Positions 1 to 11,206 are shown, counted from the stretch's first letter. The stretch is 32,000 nt of DNA from Blochmannia endosymbiont of Camponotus nipponensis (GCF_009827135.1 NZ_CP046534.1:150001-182000); one strand, 5' to 3'. Translations and numbers: made by a program. The notes: generated by a model not told the origin, from the letters alone.

Positions 1-733
1 TTTTTTTACACCAAGATATAAATGATGTATCTTGCTTCTGGTAAAACAAATCATAACATTTGGTTACAGGAGTAATAAGAAATGATGGTATTTTGAGAAT
101 AGCGCTATACATACTACTAGTTGTTGCATTAATAATCAAACTATATTTACTAGTGTCATAATATAACTCACACAAAGGCATACATGATACATTTTTATAT
201 CCTATTTCCTGATAATAAGATGTCAAAACTTGAGCTTTAGAGAAGGTTCTATTCACTATGTTTATATGACATTTTTCTATAGTAGTTAATAATACAGGAA
301 CAATGCCCTTTGAAGCACCTCCAGCACCAATTAACAAAATATTTATTACCGTAGATTTATTTGTATCAGAAATATTATCATTATCTATCCAATTCAATCG
401 TTTTAAATCACTAATAAATCCTATACCATCGGTATTATCTCCCAGTAAAACACCATTTTTTAATTTTTTTATCGTGTTAACGGAACGGGATTTTTCAGCT
501 CGTTCAGTTAACTGATTACATAAAAAATATGCATTCTCTTTGAAAGGAGAAGTAATATTTGCTCCTAATCCACCTAATTTGAAAAAATCATATAATAAAT
601 AATGAAAATTATCTTGTGATACCAATTTCAAATCATACCCTTTTGAGATTCCAATTTCATTTGCAAATAATGCATAAATTTCCGCTGATTTACTATGTTT
701 AATCGGATTTCCAAAAACAGCAAAAAAACTCAT
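1..733 (-). CDS. aroE: shikimate dehydrogenase AroE, 3' end cut by window start (not in supplied ORF track)
   Basis: Manual minus-strand translation from ATG 733-731 gives MSFFAVFGNPIKHSKSAEIYALF..GANITSPFKENAY..LLGDNTDGIGF..LLIGAGGASKGI..NRT..INATTSS. This is collinear with E. coli AroE, has no stop down to position 1, and lies downstream of tsaC as in E. coli. Confidence 0.9.
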   Translation of the reverse strand, partial: MSFFAVFGNPIKHSKSAEIYALFANEIGISKGYDLKLVSQDNFHYLLYDFFKLGGLGANITSPFKENAYFLCNQLTERAEKSRSVNTIKKLKNGVLLGDNTDGIGFISDLKRLNWIDNDNISDTNKSTVINILLIGAGGASKGIVPVLLTTIEKCHINIVNRTFSKAQVLTSYYQEIGYKNVSCMPLCELYYDTSKYSLIINATTSSMYSAILKIPSFLITPVTKCYDLFYQKQDTSFISWCKK

Positions 734-758
734 CTCTTTATCCCCTTAATAACAGAAA

Positions 759-1328
759 TTATCCACGAATTAATTTACCAGTCATAACATCCCTAATCTC
801 TGAAGGTTTAGATCTCCCAAGTACATCTTCATGCATAATAGATATATCATTTCCAAATTGTTTATATACTTCAGCAATGGTACGTGCAGGAGATCGTCCA
901 GATAAATTTGCACTGGTAGACACCAAAGGCTTTCCAAAAGCCAAACAAAGACGTTGAATTGGCTCAAAATGACTAATTCGTACTGCTAAAGAAGAAAATT
1001 GACCTGTTAACCAATACGGACTATTAGTTTTAGCTGGAAATACCCATGTTACCGGTCCAGGCCAAGTAGAAAAAACTTGCGATTGTTGTTTTTTATCTAA
1101 ACAGCTATCATCAATATATTTAAGTAATTGTGTATAATTAGCAGCAATTAAAATTAAACCCTTTTTCCACGATCTATTTTTTATTTTTAACAAAGCATAT
1201 ACTGCATGTTTACTATCAGGATCACACCCTAAACCAAATACTGATTCTGTTGGATAAACGATCACCTTACCCTGATATAATTGTAGAAGTAAATCTTTTA
1301 TATTTAATGAAGGAAATATCTGTATCAT
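759..1328 (-). CDS. tsaC: L-threonylcarbamoyladenylate synthase TsaC/YrdC (t6A tRNA modification)
   Basis: 189-aa ORF. VIVYPTESVFGLGCDPDS, KGLILIAANY, WPGPVTWVFPA and KPLVSTSANLSG are collinear with E. coli YrdC (190 aa). Confidence 0.9.
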   Translation of the reverse strand: MIQIFPSLNIKDLLLQLYQGKVIVYPTESVFGLGCDPDSKHAVYALLKIKNRSWKKGLILIAANYTQLLKYIDDSCLDKKQQSQVFSTWPGPVTWVFPAKTNSPYWLTGQFSSLAVRISHFEPIQRLCLAFGKPLVSTSANLSGRSPARTIAEVYKQFGNDISIMHEDVLGRSKPSEIRDVMTGKLIRG

Positions 1329-1790
1329 AAAGTATTATCTAATTAATTGTCCGATATAACAGCATATAACATTTTTATCTAAACCGATATGTAAAGCATA
1401 AAAAAAATCTTTTAAAATTATTAATTAAATGACTTTTCAATATATATATATATGTATGTATAAAGTACACAATATTTTAAGTTTTAGTGTCAATTATTTT
1501 AATCATAAAGTACGATTGAATATCTTTTATTAAATGCTCTTGTAGTATGCTATACTAGCAATATTTATATATTTAGAATATAAACACGAATATTCATGTA
1601 CTTATTTCATTAAGTAATAAATCACAAAACATTAGGAATGCTTAAAACATCATTTAATCTGTTTATAATAAAATTATACTAAACATTATCGGTATGCATC
1701 AAAAAACATTCATGCTAAATCTTAATAATATCCATACACTGTTAAATAATGTATAATTTTTTTTAAATAAATTTAATAATTTTTTATTTT

Positions 1791-2312
1791 ATGTCTATAT
1801 TAGAAATATTATATTATCCTGATAAACGTCTTAGAAAAATTGCAGATCCTGTTATTGTAGTATCTAATGATATTAAGCAGATTATAAGTAATATGTTTGA
1901 TACTATGTACTTTAACAAAGGCATTGGCTTAGCTGCAACACAAGTCAATATTCATCAACAAATTATTGTTGTCGATCTTGGTGAACACAGAAAACAACGT
2001 TTAGTTTTTATTAACCCTACTATTATAAAAAAAGCAGGCACCACTAGTATCACTGAAAGTTGTTTATCTATTCCTCAAATACATGAAATTATTCCGCGTT
2101 CAGAAAAAATAACAATTCAATCATTAGATCAAAACGGTAATAAATTTGAGATGGAAGCAAATAATTTATTAGCAATTTGCATTCAACATGAAGTAGATCA
2201 TCTGTTTGGTAAACTTTTTATCGATTATTTACCTCCATTAAAAATTAAAAAAATTCATAAAAAAATAAAAAAATCACTCAAATTGTTTAAAAAACATCAA
2301 TGTCCTCTATGA
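1791..2312 (+). CDS. def: peptide deformylase
   Basis: 173-aa ORF with the three Def motifs GIGLAATQ, ESCLS (EGCLS-type, Cys kept) and QHEVDH. Followed by fmt as in E. coli. Confidence 0.95.
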   Translation: MSILEILYYPDKRLRKIADPVIVVSNDIKQIISNMFDTMYFNKGIGLAATQVNIHQQIIVVDLGEHRKQRLVFINPTIIKKAGTTSITESCLSIPQIHEIIPRSEKITIQSLDQNGNKFEMEANNLLAICIQHEVDHLFGKLFIDYLPPLKIKKIHKKIKKSLKLFKKHQCPL

Positions 2313-2324
2313 TAGATATATATT

Positions 2325-3290
2325 ATGAAAAACTTAAAATCATTACGTATTGCTTTTTTTGGAACCTCAGATTTTGCAGCATGGCATTTATATGTGCTGA
2401 TTCATCTATCCACGCACGATATAGTAGCAATTTTCACCCAAGAAACACAATCATCTAAATATAAAAATTCTTTATCCTTACATGAAATAGCTAAAAAATA
2501 TAGTATATCATTGTTTCAATCCAGTATTTTATCCATTTCTGATATTGTTCGTATTATTGAAAAATTTGATGTAGATCTAATAGTAGTCGTATCTTACGGA
2601 TTCATTTTACCGAAAGAAATATTAGATATACCACGACTAGGTTGCATTAATGTACATGGTTCATTACTACCTCGTTGGCGCGGTCCAGCACCAATTCAAC
2701 GTGCCTTAGAATATGGTGATTTCATTACAGGAATCACCATCATCCAAATGGATGTAGGTATAGATACTGGAGATATTTTACACATGCTGCCTTGTAGAAT
2801 TTTTCCAAAAGATACTACTTATACTCTTTCTAAAAGATTAGCAAATATTGGGTCTACTATGTTGTTAGAAGTACTAGATCAGTTTATATTAAATACATAT
2901 ACACTGATCCCTCAAGTTTCAACTTATAGTACATATGCATATAAATTAAATAAAAAAGAAGCACGTATCAATTGGAAATTACCAGCAATTCAACTAGAAC
3001 GATGTATCCGCGCTTTTAATCCATGGCCAATTAGTTATTTTCAAATAAAACATTATCGTATTAGAGTATGGGAAGCCGAAGTAAGTAGTCAAAAAGCAAC
3101 CAACTATTCATCATCACCAGTATTACCCGGTACTATATTAACAATTAATACACGTGGTATTTATGTTAGCACTGGTTCTGGAATATTAATACTTACTATG
3201 CTACAAATTTCAGGAAAAAAAAGAACGCTTACACGTGATTTCCTCAACGCACATAAAACATGGTTCATACCTAATTCCATATTAGAATAA
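2325..3290 (+). CDS. fmt: methionyl-tRNA formyltransferase
   Basis: 321-aa ORF. RLGCINVHGSLLPRWRGPAPIQRA, IIQMDVGIDTGD and LERCIRAFNPWP match E. coli Fmt. Confidence 0.95.
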   Translation: MKNLKSLRIAFFGTSDFAAWHLYVLIHLSTHDIVAIFTQETQSSKYKNSLSLHEIAKKYSISLFQSSILSISDIVRIIEKFDVDLIVVVSYGFILPKEILDIPRLGCINVHGSLLPRWRGPAPIQRALEYGDFITGITIIQMDVGIDTGDILHMLPCRIFPKDTTYTLSKRLANIGSTMLLEVLDQFILNTYTLIPQVSTYSTYAYKLNKKEARINWKLPAIQLERCIRAFNPWPISYFQIKHYRIRVWEAEVSSQKATNYSSSPVLPGTILTINTRGIYVSTGSGILILTMLQISGKKRTLTRDFLNAHKTWFIPNSILE

Positions 3291-3370
3291 CCCGATCTAA
3301 CACATTCATAATTATTTATCCATTTAAATTTCATTATTTATCTTAACCTTACTGTTGCTGCTTGTATGTT

Positions 3371-3739
3371 TTATTTTATTTTAGATCGTTCCACCAATTC
3401 TATATATGCCATTGGAGCGTTGTCCCCTTTACGTAATCCACATTTTAGTACACGAGTATACCCTCCAGGACGATTAAAAAAATGTGGACTAATTTGTGTA
3501 AATAATTTTGTAACAACATTATTATTCCTGATTTTAGAAAAAACTAAACGACGATTTGCAACAGTATCTACTTTACCATATGTGATCAACGGTTCAATTA
3601 TACAACGCAATGCTTTAGCTTTAGATAAAGTAGTTTTTATAATTTGATGAGTTATTAAAGAAATAACCATATTTCTAAACATAGATTTACGATGAGCACT
3701 AGTTCGATTTAATTTAGAACCACTCTTGCGATGACGCAT
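3371..3739 (-). CDS. rplQ: 50S ribosomal protein L17
   Basis: MRHRKSG..LNR..HR..MFRNM...[21 protein letters not shown] matches E. coli L17. Last gene of the alpha operon. Confidence 0.97.
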   Translation of the reverse strand: MRHRKSGSKLNRTSAHRKSMFRNMVISLITHQIIKTTLSKAKALRCIIEPLITYGKVDTVANRRLVFSKIRNNNVVTKLFTQISPHFFNRPGGYTRVLKCGLRKGDNAPMAYIELVERSKIK

Positions 3740-3784
3740 AATAAATTTACCTTTATTTTTTCATACTAAATTAATTGTAAAACA

Positions 3785-4777
3785 TTAATTATCTAAAATA
3801 TTTTTCGGGGGCCAATTTTCTAACCGTGTCCCTAAAAATAATCCACGAGATGCCAATACATCTTTTATCTCTGTCAAAGATTTTTTTCCCAAATTGGGAG
3901 TTTTTAATAACTCTACTTCTGTTCGTTGTACTAAATCCCCAATATAATGAATAGACTCCGCTTTAAGACAATTAGCGGAACGTACAGTAAGCTCTAAATC
4001 ATCCACAAGACGTAATAAAATTGGATCAAATTCTGGCTTTTCTTCTTTATGTTCTGGTTGATGTATATCCCTTAAATCTACAAAAGCTTCTAATTGTTCA
4101 GATAAAATTGTTGCTGCACGCCTAATCGCTTCCTCCGGTTCTATGGTACCATCAGTTTCCATATCAATAATTAATTTGTCTAAATCGGTACGTTGTTCAA
4201 CACGAGCAGCTTCCACATTATAAGAAATTCTTTCTACCGGACTATAACATGCATCCAATAATAATCGACCAATTGGCAAGGTATCTGATTCAGGATTAAA
4301 CCTCGCAGAAGCTGGAACATAACCTCGGCCACGTTGTACCTTAATACGCATACTAATAGATGCATTTTTATCGGTTATATGGCATATCACATGATCTGGC
4401 GTAATAATTTTTACACTATTACTATCATACAAAATATCATTTGCAATTACAGGTCCAATACCAGATTTTTGCAAAGTTAAAATGACATAATCTTTTCCTT
4501 CAATCCTGATAGCTAATTTCTTTAGATTCAGCAAAACTTCTAAAATATCTTCTTGTATACCTTCTTTTGTACTATATTCATGTAATACTCCATCAATTTC
4601 AACCTCTGTTATAGCGTATCCAGGCATTGAAGAAAGTAATATACGACGTAAGGCATTTCCTAAAGTATGACCAAACCCTCGTTCCAAAGGCTCTAGAGTA
4701 ACCTTAGTATGGGTTTCAGTAATCTGCTCAATACCCACTAAACGTGGCTTTAAAAATTCTATTACAGAATTCTGCAT
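3785..4777 (-). CDS. rpoA: DNA-directed RNA polymerase subunit alpha
   Basis: From [14 protein letters not shown] the ORF is near-identical to E. coli RpoA ([40 protein letters not shown]..). The ORF-track start at 4816 is a GTG extension overlapping rpsD. AGAGAGG lies upstream of the ATG ATG pair, and the second ATG (4777) is chosen. Confidence 0.95.
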   Translation of the reverse strand: MQNSVIEFLKPRLVGIEQITETHTKVTLEPLERGFGHTLGNALRRILLSSMPGYAITEVEIDGVLHEYSTKEGIQEDILEVLLNLKKLAIRIEGKDYVILTLQKSGIGPVIANDILYDSNSVKIITPDHVICHITDKNASISMRIKVQRGRGYVPASARFNPESDTLPIGRLLLDACYSPVERISYNVEAARVEQRTDLDKLIIDMETDGTIEPEEAIRRAATILSEQLEAFVDLRDIHQPEHKEEKPEFDPILLRLVDDLELTVRSANCLKAESIHYIGDLVQRTEVELLKTPNLGKKSLTEIKDVLASRGLFLGTRLENWPPKNILDN

Positions 4778-4812
4778 CATTGCCTCTCTTTTTATTATTT
4801 TACAACTTTCAC

Positions 4813-5436
4813 TCACTTTGAATATAACTCAACAATCAAGTGTTCATCAATATTTGCAGACAATTCACTACGTTCTGGATAACGTTTAAATAAACCTTGT
4901 AGTTTCACAGGATCAACCGAAATCCATGCTATATCTTCTCTTTGTTGTTCAGCAAGTTCTAAGGCAGCACGAATCCTAGATTGCTGATATGATGCTTTAT
5001 GTATCTTAATAACAGCGTTGGGACAAACCTGATATGAAGCTATGTTAACAACGCGGTTATCGACCATAATGGACTTATGACTCACTAATTGACGAGCTTC
5101 GGCACGTGTCGCTCCAAATCCCATACGATATACAATATTATCTAATCTACTTTCTAATAATTTCAACAAATTTTCACCAGTATTACCTTTAATACGTGAA
5201 GCCTTTTTATAATAATTAGAAAATTGACGTTCTAAAATACCATATATACGTCTAACTTTTTGTTTTTCTCGTAGCTGTATTCCATAATCTGAAAACCGGG
5301 ATTTACGGATACTATGTTGACCCGGAAGTTGTTCAAGTTTACATTTAGAATCAATTGAACGAATTCCAGATTTTAAAAAAAGATCCGTACCTTCACGACG
5401 ACTTAATTTAAGTTTAGGTCCTAAATATTTTGCCAT
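4813..5436 (-). CDS. rpsD: 30S ribosomal protein S4
   Basis: [24 protein letters not shown] matches the E. coli S4 N-terminus. The 9 extra upstream codons in the ORF track are rejected. Confidence 0.96.
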   Translation of the reverse strand: MAKYLGPKLKLSRREGTDLFLKSGIRSIDSKCKLEQLPGQHSIRKSRFSDYGIQLREKQKVRRIYGILERQFSNYYKKASRIKGNTGENLLKLLESRLDNIVYRMGFGATRAEARQLVSHKSIMVDNRVVNIASYQVCPNAVIKIHKASYQQSRIRAALELAEQQREDIAWISVDPVKLQGLFKRYPERSELSANIDEHLIVELYSK

Positions 5437-5473
5437 ACATTTTGTTTCCTTCAAAATAACCAATTAATATTCT

Positions 5474-5866
5474 TTAGACACGTCGTTTTTTAGCAGGACG
5501 ACAACCATTATGAGGAATTGGAGTAACATCAGTAATACTAACAATATGAAATCCTGCTGTATTTAACGCTCGTACTGCAGATTCACGCCCCGGGCCTGGT
5601 CCTTTAACCATAACTTCTAAATTTTTTACTCCATATTCTTGAACTATTTCAGCGCAACGTTCAGCTGCTACCTGCGCGGCGAATGGTGTAGATTTACGAG
5701 ACCCACGAAATCCAGAACCACCAGCTGTAGTCCATCCTAAAGTATTACCTTGTTTATCACTAATAGTAATAATAGTGTTGTTAAAAGATGCATGTATATG
5801 TGCTACACCATCTAAAATTTGTTTTTTAAGCCGCCTGCGTGCTCGAAGATTAGGTGATTTAATCAT
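5474..5866 (-). CDS. rpsK: 30S ribosomal protein S11
   Basis: [52 protein letters not shown] matches E. coli S11. Confidence 0.97.
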   Translation of the reverse strand: MIKSPNLRARRRLKKQILDGVAHIHASFNNTIITISDKQGNTLGWTTAGGSGFRGSRKSTPFAAQVAAERCAEIVQEYGVKNLEVMVKGPGPGRESAVRALNTAGFHIVSITDVTPIPHNGCRPAKKRRV

Positions 5867-5903
5867 TTTATATTTGTAATTTCTTTTTTATTAATACTGT
5901 TAT

Positions 5904-6260
5904 TTATTTATTTATTAATTTACGAGGACCTTTACGAGTTCTTGCATTTGTTCTAGTTCTTTGCCCTCGTACTGGCAAACTACGGCGATGACGTAATCCT
6001 CGATACGTACCAAGATCTATCAAACGTTTAATATTTAAAGTCACTTCACGACGTAAATCCCCTTCTACAATATATTTATCAACTGCATCACGTAATTTAT
6101 CTATGTGTATGTCAGATAATTTAGAAAGCTGTATATGTTCATTTATCCCTATATTTAAACAAATTGAGCGAGCACGAGATTTCCCTATACCATAAATGGA
6201 CATTAAAGCAATCACGGCATGTTTTCGATCAGAAATATTGACACCTGCAATACGTATCAC
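5904..6260 (-). CDS. rpsM: 30S ribosomal protein S13 (GTG start)
   Basis: [21 protein letters not shown]...[27 protein letters not shown] matches E. coli S13. The start codon at 6260-6258 is GTG. Confidence 0.97.
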   Translation of the reverse strand: MIRIAGVNISDRKHAVIALMSIYGIGKSRARSICLNIGINEHIQLSKLSDIHIDKLRDAVDKYIVEGDLRREVTLNIKRLIDLGTYRGLRHRRSLPVRGQRTRTNARTRKGPRKLINK

Positions 6261-6304
6261 TATTTTTATACTCCTAAAAATTAATAATTCTATACATTAA
6301 ATAA

Positions 6305-6421
6305 TTATCCTTGCCGTTGTTTGTGTTTTGGATCTATACGACAAACTACACGAACAACATTGTGTCTCTTCACAATTTCACAATAACGACATAATTTTTT
6401 TACTGATGCACGTACTTTCAT
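6305..6421 (-). CDS. rpmJ: 50S ribosomal protein L36 (too short for the ORF track)
   Basis: Manual translation gives [38 protein letters not shown] (38 aa), against E. coli [38 protein letters not shown]. The C-C-C-H zinc ligands are kept. It lies between secY and rpsM as expected. Confidence 0.95.
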   Translation of the reverse strand: MKVRASVKKLCRYCEIVKRHNVVRVVCRIDPKHKQRQG

Positions 6422-6474
6422 AACTTTCCCTCTATATAAAATATAATCATCTTTAAACCAGTAATTAAAATATT

Positions 6475-7794
6475 TCAGATTTGCTTTTTTAGTACAGATT
6501 CATATTGACTAGACATCATTAAAGTTTGTACTTGAACCATAAAGTCCATAATCACCACAACTACAATAAGTAAAGATGTCCCCCCAAAATAAAAAGGAAC
6601 TTTCATAGCTATTCTCATAAACTCTGGCACTAAACAAATAAATGTCACGTATATTGCACCAATAAAAGTCAAACGCAACATAATTTTGTTAATATATTTT
6701 GCAGTATGCTCTCCCGGCCTAATTCCAGGAACAAACGCTCCGGATTTTTTTAAATTTTCAGCTGTTTCTCTCGAATTAAAAACTAAAGATGTATAAAAAA
6801 AACAAAAAAATACAATAGCTGCTGCATAAAGTAATATATATAATGGTTGACCTGGTTGTAAATATAAAGCAATCGTAGTCAACCATTTCCAGCTGGTACT
6901 ACTACCAAACCAAGAAACAACAGTACCTGGAAACAAAATTATACTAGAAGCAAAAATAGCTGGAATAACACCAGCCATATTTACTTTAAGTGGTAAATGT
7001 GTACTTTGAGCGGCATAAACACGACGACCTTTCTGACGTTGAGCATAATGCACTAAAATACGACGTTGAGCTCGCTCCATAAATACAACAAAAAAAGTAA
7101 TACTAAATACCAAACAAATTACTAGAATCAATATAAAAAAATGTAATTCATCTTGTCTAACTTGTTCTATCGTATGTCCTATAGCGAACGGTAATCCAGC
7201 AACTATTCCTGAAAAAATAATCATTGAAATACCGTTTCCTATGCCTCTATTAGTGATTTGATCACCTAACCACATTAAAAAAACCGTACCACAAACAAGG
7301 CTAATAATTGCTATACAATAAAAAGAAAATCCTGGATTAATTACTAACCCCGACACATTAGGCAAACTAGTAACAATACCTACTGATTGTAAAATTCCCA
7401 ATATTAAAGTCCCATAACGAATATACTGATTAATAATTCTTCTGCCACTTTCTCCTTCTTTTTTAATTTCTATTAAAGCAGGATGTACCGAGGTTAATAA
7501 TTGTACAATAATCGAAGCTGAAATATATGGCATAATTCCTAAACTAAAAATAGAAGCACGACTTAAAGACCCCCCAGAAAACATGTTAAACATTTCAATA
7601 ATAGTGCCTTGCTGCTGTTCAATAATTTTAGCCAAAACAATTAAATCTACCCCTGGGATTGGAATAAATGATCCTATACGAAAAATAATTAAAGCACCAA
7701 TTACAAATACAATTCTACGTTTCAACTCGCTTAATCCTCCTTTTATGCTTTGAAAAGTAGATGCAGGACGTCTTTTATTAATAACTTTTATCAT
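6475..7794 (-). CDS. secY: preprotein translocase subunit SecY
   Basis: 439-aa ORF collinear with E. coli SecY ([90 protein letters not shown]). Confidence 0.97.
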   Translation of the reverse strand: MIKVINKRRPASTFQSIKGGLSELKRRIVFVIGALIIFRIGSFIPIPGVDLIVLAKIIEQQQGTIIEMFNMFSGGSLSRASIFSLGIMPYISASIIVQLLTSVHPALIEIKKEGESGRRIINQYIRYGTLILGILQSVGIVTSLPNVSGLVINPGFSFYCIAIISLVCGTVFLMWLGDQITNRGIGNGISMIIFSGIVAGLPFAIGHTIEQVRQDELHFFILILVICLVFSITFFVVFMERAQRRILVHYAQRQKGRRVYAAQSTHLPLKVNMAGVIPAIFASSIILFPGTVVSWFGSSTSWKWLTTIALYLQPGQPLYILLYAAAIVFFCFFYTSLVFNSRETAENLKKSGAFVPGIRPGEHTAKYINKIMLRLTFIGAIYVTFICLVPEFMRIAMKVPFYFGGTSLLIVVVVIMDFMVQVQTLMMSSQYESVLKKQI

Positions 7795-7804
7795 TTTGAT
7801 ATAA

Positions 7805-8242
7805 TCACTCCTTTATTTGACCACCTACAGACTGAATTGCAGTACGCGCGCCTTTACTTACACGTAAGAAACTATCTATTATGACGGGAGATTGAATCTC
7901 TCCAGACATTATAATTTTAACAAACTTAATTTTATTATTAATAATATTATATGTTTTCAACACATTTATATCTATTATTTTATCTGAAATACACGATAAA
8001 TCAGACAATCTAACCTCTTGAGTAACCATTGCTCTACGAGACACAAATCCAAATTTCGGCAACCTACGATATAAAGGAGTCTGTCCACCCTCAAATCCAA
8101 GACGCACTTTACCTCCAGAACGAGATTTTTGCCCTTTATGCCCACGACCCCCTGTTTTACCTAACCCAGATCCTATACCTCGACCTACTCGTTTTTTTAA
8201 ACATTTAGATCCTTTGGACGGATAAATAGTATTAAGTTGCAT
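7805..8242 (-). CDS. rplO: 50S ribosomal protein L15
   Basis: 145-aa [46 protein letters not shown] matches L15. Confidence 0.96.
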   Translation of the reverse strand: MQLNTIYPSKGSKCLKKRVGRGIGSGLGKTGGRGHKGQKSRSGGKVRLGFEGGQTPLYRRLPKFGFVSRRAMVTQEVRLSDLSCISDKIIDINVLKTYNIINNKIKFVKIIMSGEIQSPVIIDSFLRVSKGARTAIQSVGGQIKE

Positions 8243-8248
8243 AATTCA

Positions 8249-8432
8249 CTACTCCACTTTGACTATGTAACTGGCCAAACCAGTCCTGACACAAATAACA
8301 GGTGATCAATTCTTGCTCTAATACTTCTAATATGAAACGCATATCCTAACTCAATCCATATAAAGTTTTCTTATTTTTTCTGGTAACACTCAAAAAAATT
8401 CCACCCTAAATAAATTTAATAATTTTTAACAT
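8249..8432 (-). pseudogene. rpmD: decayed 50S ribosomal protein L30 gene
   Basis: In the exact rpsE-rplO slot, one frame reads [27 protein letters not shown]. This aligns without gaps to E. coli L30 residues 1-29 ([29 protein letters not shown]) but carries two in-frame TAG stops. A second frame reads SPVICVRTGLASYIVKVE*, matching residues 41-58 (TPAIRGMINAVSFMVKVE). The middle has a net +7 nt and further TAG/TGA stops. No frame is open. Confidence 0.85.
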
Positions 8433-8940
8433 AACTATAATGACCTAAAATTTCTCTAACAGATTTACCCCTTTTTTCTGCAATCATTTCGGGAGATTTC
8501 ATAGTTCGTAACGCATTCATAGTTGCACGAACTATATTAATAGGATTTGTAGATCCATAAGCCTTTGCTAATACATTATGTATTCCAACAACTTCTAAAA
8601 TAGCACGCATCGTAGTTCCAGCAATAATTCCAGTTCCTTCAGAAGCAGGTTGCATATAAATATGAGAACCCGTATATGCTCCCTTGACTGCATGCTGTAA
8701 AGTACCTTTATATAAGGAAATAATTATCATGCTGCGACGAGCTTTTTCCATTGACTTTTGAATTGCCGAAGGAACTTCACGAGCTTTACCATAACCAAAT
8801 CCCACACGACCATTGGTATCTCCAACCACAGTTAATGCTGTAAAACTAAATACCCGACCGCCCTTAACCGTTTTGGACACTCGGTTGACTGTAATTAATT
8901 TTTCTTGCAACTCACCAGGCTGTTTATCGATATATCTCAT
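8416..8940 (-). CDS. rpsE: 30S ribosomal protein S5, C-terminally extended
   Basis: [54 protein letters not shown] matches E. coli S5. It ends ..[13 protein letters not shown], about 7 codons past the E. coli ..EEILGK* end, and reads over the relic rpmD start codon. Confidence 0.96.
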   Translation of the reverse strand: MRYIDKQPGELQEKLITVNRVSKTVKGGRVFSFTALTVVGDTNGRVGFGYGKAREVPSAIQKSMEKARRSMIIISLYKGTLQHAVKGAYTGSHIYMQPASEGTGIIAGTTMRAILEVVGIHNVLAKAYGSTNPINIVRATMNALRTMKSPEMIAEKRGKSVREILGHYSYVKNY

Positions 8941-8960
8941 ATTATTACCTTACTACTTTT

Positions 8961-9314
8961 TTAAAAAATTAACCCAGTTTGCCTAGCACAATCAGCCAAG
9001 GTTTGCACTCTACCATGATATTTAAATCCAGAACGATCGAAAGATACATTTACAATACCCTTTTTTATTGCGCGTTCTGCAATAATTTTTCCTACTATAG
9101 CTGCAGCTTTTTTATTACTAGTAGCTTTTAACTGACTAGAAATAAATTTCTCCATCGTAGATGCTGTGACTAAAACATCAGAATTATCTTTTGAAATTAT
9201 TTGCGCATAAATATGCTGACCAGTCCTATGTACTACCAATCTAATAGCACCTAATTTGTATAAATTTTTTCTTGTTTTCAAGGCTCTCCTAATACGAGCA
9301 TCTTTTTTATTCAT
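8961..9314 (-). CDS. rplR: 50S ribosomal protein L18
   Basis: 117-aa ORF. The R.R.. N-terminus, HIYAQ.I, and FDRSGF.YHGRV..LAD.AR..GL.F C-terminus are typical of L18. Correct operon position. Confidence 0.96.
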   Translation of the reverse strand: MNKKDARIRRALKTRKNLYKLGAIRLVVHRTGQHIYAQIISKDNSDVLVTASTMEKFISSQLKATSNKKAAAIVGKIIAERAIKKGIVNVSFDRSGFKYHGRVQTLADCARQTGLIF

Positions 9315-9344
9315 ATTACATGTTCTCTATATTATTAATAACAA

Positions 9345-9860
9345 TTATTTCTTCTTAGTGTTTTTAATATGCACTATTTCATCAATATAACGAATACCCT
9401 TGCCTTTAAAAGGTTCAGGAGGACGAAGCGCCCTTAAGTCTGCTGCAACTTGACCAATAAGTTGTTTATTCATTCCCTTTAAAACAATTTCAGTCTGACT
9501 TGGACAAGTTACTGTAATGTCCATAGGTAATATGTAATTAACAGAATGAGATAAACCTATAATTAGATTGATTACATTCTCTTGAATAAATACACGATAA
9601 CCTATTCCTATTAATTGTAGTTTCTTAGTGAAACCTGTTGTAACACCAGTAATCATACCATTAATCAATGCACGTGTTGTTCCTATTAAAGCTTTATTTT
9701 TAACATCAAAATTATTAATACATATCAATAATGTTGATGTATCATAAAATTGTACATCAATCGATTCGTGCAATTTATAAGTTAGTGTACCAAGTGCACC
9801 CCTCACAGAAATACGATAGTCTTTTACTTTTATAGTTATTATGCTAGGAATAGAAATCAT
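9345..9860 (-). CDS. rplF: 50S ribosomal protein L6 (start uncertain)
   Basis: GFTKKLQLIGIGYR, TEIVLKG.NKQLIGQVAADLRA.R.PEP.KGKGIRY match E. coli L6. The ORF-track start 9932 and the ATG at 9908 both overlap rpsH, whose stop is at 9898. The first ATG after that stop is 9860 (MISIPS.., aligning to E. coli PVVVPAG). The alternative 9345-9908 cannot be excluded. Confidence 0.9.
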   Translation of the reverse strand: MISIPSIITIKVKDYRISVRGALGTLTYKLHESIDVQFYDTSTLLICINNFDVKNKALIGTTRALINGMITGVTTGFTKKLQLIGIGYRVFIQENVINLIIGLSHSVNYILPMDITVTCPSQTEIVLKGMNKQLIGQVAADLRALRPPEPFKGKGIRYIDEIVHIKNTKKK

Positions 9861-9897
9861 TGTTTTATATATATATGATTCAGCAATATTTTTAGTA

Positions 9898-10293
9898 TTA
9901 AGACACATAGCATATAATCTCCCCACCAACATTAAGTTGCCGAGCTTTATTATCTGTGATTACACCTTTAGAAGTAGAAACTATAACAACACCCATACCA
10001 GACATAACCTGAGGTAATTCTTTCCTCTTTTTATAAATACGTAAACCAGGTCGACTAACACGCTTTATAATATCTATCACCGGCTTTCTTTTTTTATAAT
10101 ATTTCAAAAATACTTCTAAAGTAGGTTTAACACCATCTTTAATATTATATTTTTGTATAAATCCTTCTTCTACTAATACATTAACAATAGCTACTTTCAT
10201 TGTAGAAGACGGAGTAAAAATTTTTTCTTTTTTAGAAATTTGCCCGTTACGTATAGTAGTTAACATTTCTGCAATTGAATCTTGCATACTCAT
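9898..10293 (-). CDS. rpsH: 30S ribosomal protein S8
   Basis: [18 protein letters not shown] matches the E. coli S8 N-terminus MSMQDPIADMLTRIRNGQ, and the C-terminus GGEIICYVS also matches. The 14-codon upstream extension in the ORF track is rejected. Confidence 0.96.
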   Translation of the reverse strand: MSMQDSIAEMLTTIRNGQISKKEKIFTPSSTMKVAIVNVLVEEGFIQKYNIKDGVKPTLEVFLKYYKKRKPVIDIIKRVSRPGLRIYKKRKELPQVMSGMGVVIVSTSKGVITDNKARQLNVGGEIICYVS

Positions 10294-10328
10294 TATAATC
10301 ATCTCCAACAACACAATATTTATTGCAA

Positions 10329-10634
10329 TTACCAACTAGCTTTTCTTAAACCAGGGATTTCACCACGCATAGCAGCTTCACGTACCTTCATGCGGCTCAA
10401 ACCAAATTTTCTTAAAAAAGCATGAGGTCGTCCAGTATGACGACAACGATTACGTTGTCTGGATGGACTAGAATCACGGGGTAAAGTTTGTAACTTTAAA
10501 ACAGCATTCCAACGTTCCTCGTTAGGAATATGTGAATTAATAATAATTTTTTTAAGAGAAACACGCTGCATATAATATTTATTGACTAATTTTAAACGCT
10601 TTTTTTCACGGGCCTTTACAGATTCCTTAGTCAT
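10329..10634 (-). CDS. rpsN: 30S ribosomal protein S14
   Basis: 101 aa, ending [37 protein letters not shown], typical of long-form S14. Confidence 0.96.
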   Translation of the reverse strand: MTKESVKAREKKRLKLVNKYYMQRVSLKKIIINSHIPNEERWNAVLKLQTLPRDSSPSRQRNRCRHTGRPHAFLRKFGLSRMKVREAAMRGEIPGLRKASW

Positions 10635-10666
10635 AATTGAAGCTCCTCTATTTGAAGTAAAGCAAA

Positions 10667-11206
10667 TTATTTTCTAAACGGGAAACGAACAGCAGTTAAC
10701 AAAGCATGTGCTTCATTATCAGAAATAGCACTAGTGGTGATAGTAATATCCATGCCTCGCATATCATCAACGGTATCATAATCAATTTCTGGAAAGATAA
10801 TTTGCTCTCGAATTCCAATACTATAATTGCCATGACCATCAAAAGACCGCATGGATAACCCACGGAAATCACGAATACGGGGCATAGCAATAAAAACAAA
10901 TCTTTCAATAAATTCCCACATGCGCATACCTCGCAAAGTGACTTTACACCCGATCGGCTGACCTTGACGAATTTTAAAACTAGAAATAGACTTACGCGCT
11001 TTAGTGACAATTGGTTTTTGTCCTGAAATTACCATTAAATCTTCTATTGATTTTTCTAATAATTTTTTGTTAATAACAGATTTACCTACCCCCATATTAA
11101 TAGTAATTTTTTTAATTTTGGGAACTTGCATAATAGATCGATACTGAAATTTCTGCATTAAATCCTGTATTACATTATTTTTATAGTAATCATATAAATT
11201 AGTCAT
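10667..11206 (-). CDS. rplE: 50S ribosomal protein L5
   Basis: 179 aa. MQVPKI.KIT.NMGVG, GQKP..TKARKS...FK.R.G.PIG.KVTLRG..MWEF, and [20 protein letters not shown] match L5. Confidence 0.97.
   Translation of the reverse strand: MTNLYDYYKNNVIQDLMQKFQYRSIMQVPKIKKITINMGVGKSVINKKLLEKSIEDLMVISGQKPIVTKARKSISSFKIRQGQPIGCKVTLRGMRMWEFIERFVFIAMPRIRDFRGLSMRSFDGHGNYSIGIREQIIFPEIDYDTVDDMRGMDITITTSAISDNEAHALLTAVRFPFRK

Noticed and set aside
303-515. 70-aa plus-strand ORF in the supplied track
   Set aside because: It lies antisense inside aroE, whose minus-strand translation is clearly homologous to E. coli AroE. It has no recognisable motifs. Shadow ORF.
782-967. 61-aa minus-strand ORF
   Set aside because: Alternative frame inside tsaC, with no homology. 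Shadow ORF.
3366-3647. 93-aa plus-strand ORF
   Set aside because: Antisense to rplQ (L17), which is unambiguous.
8243-8342. Short [39 protein letters not shown] inside the rpsE-rplO gap
   Set aside because: It is an out-of-register frame of the rpmD relic that runs into rplO. It shows no L30 similarity in that frame.
8249-8432. Stop-codon recoding (TGA or TAG read-through) as a rescue of rpmD
   Set aside because: The relic needs both TAG and TGA suppressed plus a frameshift. Both codons serve as genuine stops of neighbouring conserved genes (TAG for rpsC; TGA for rplO, secY and clpB).
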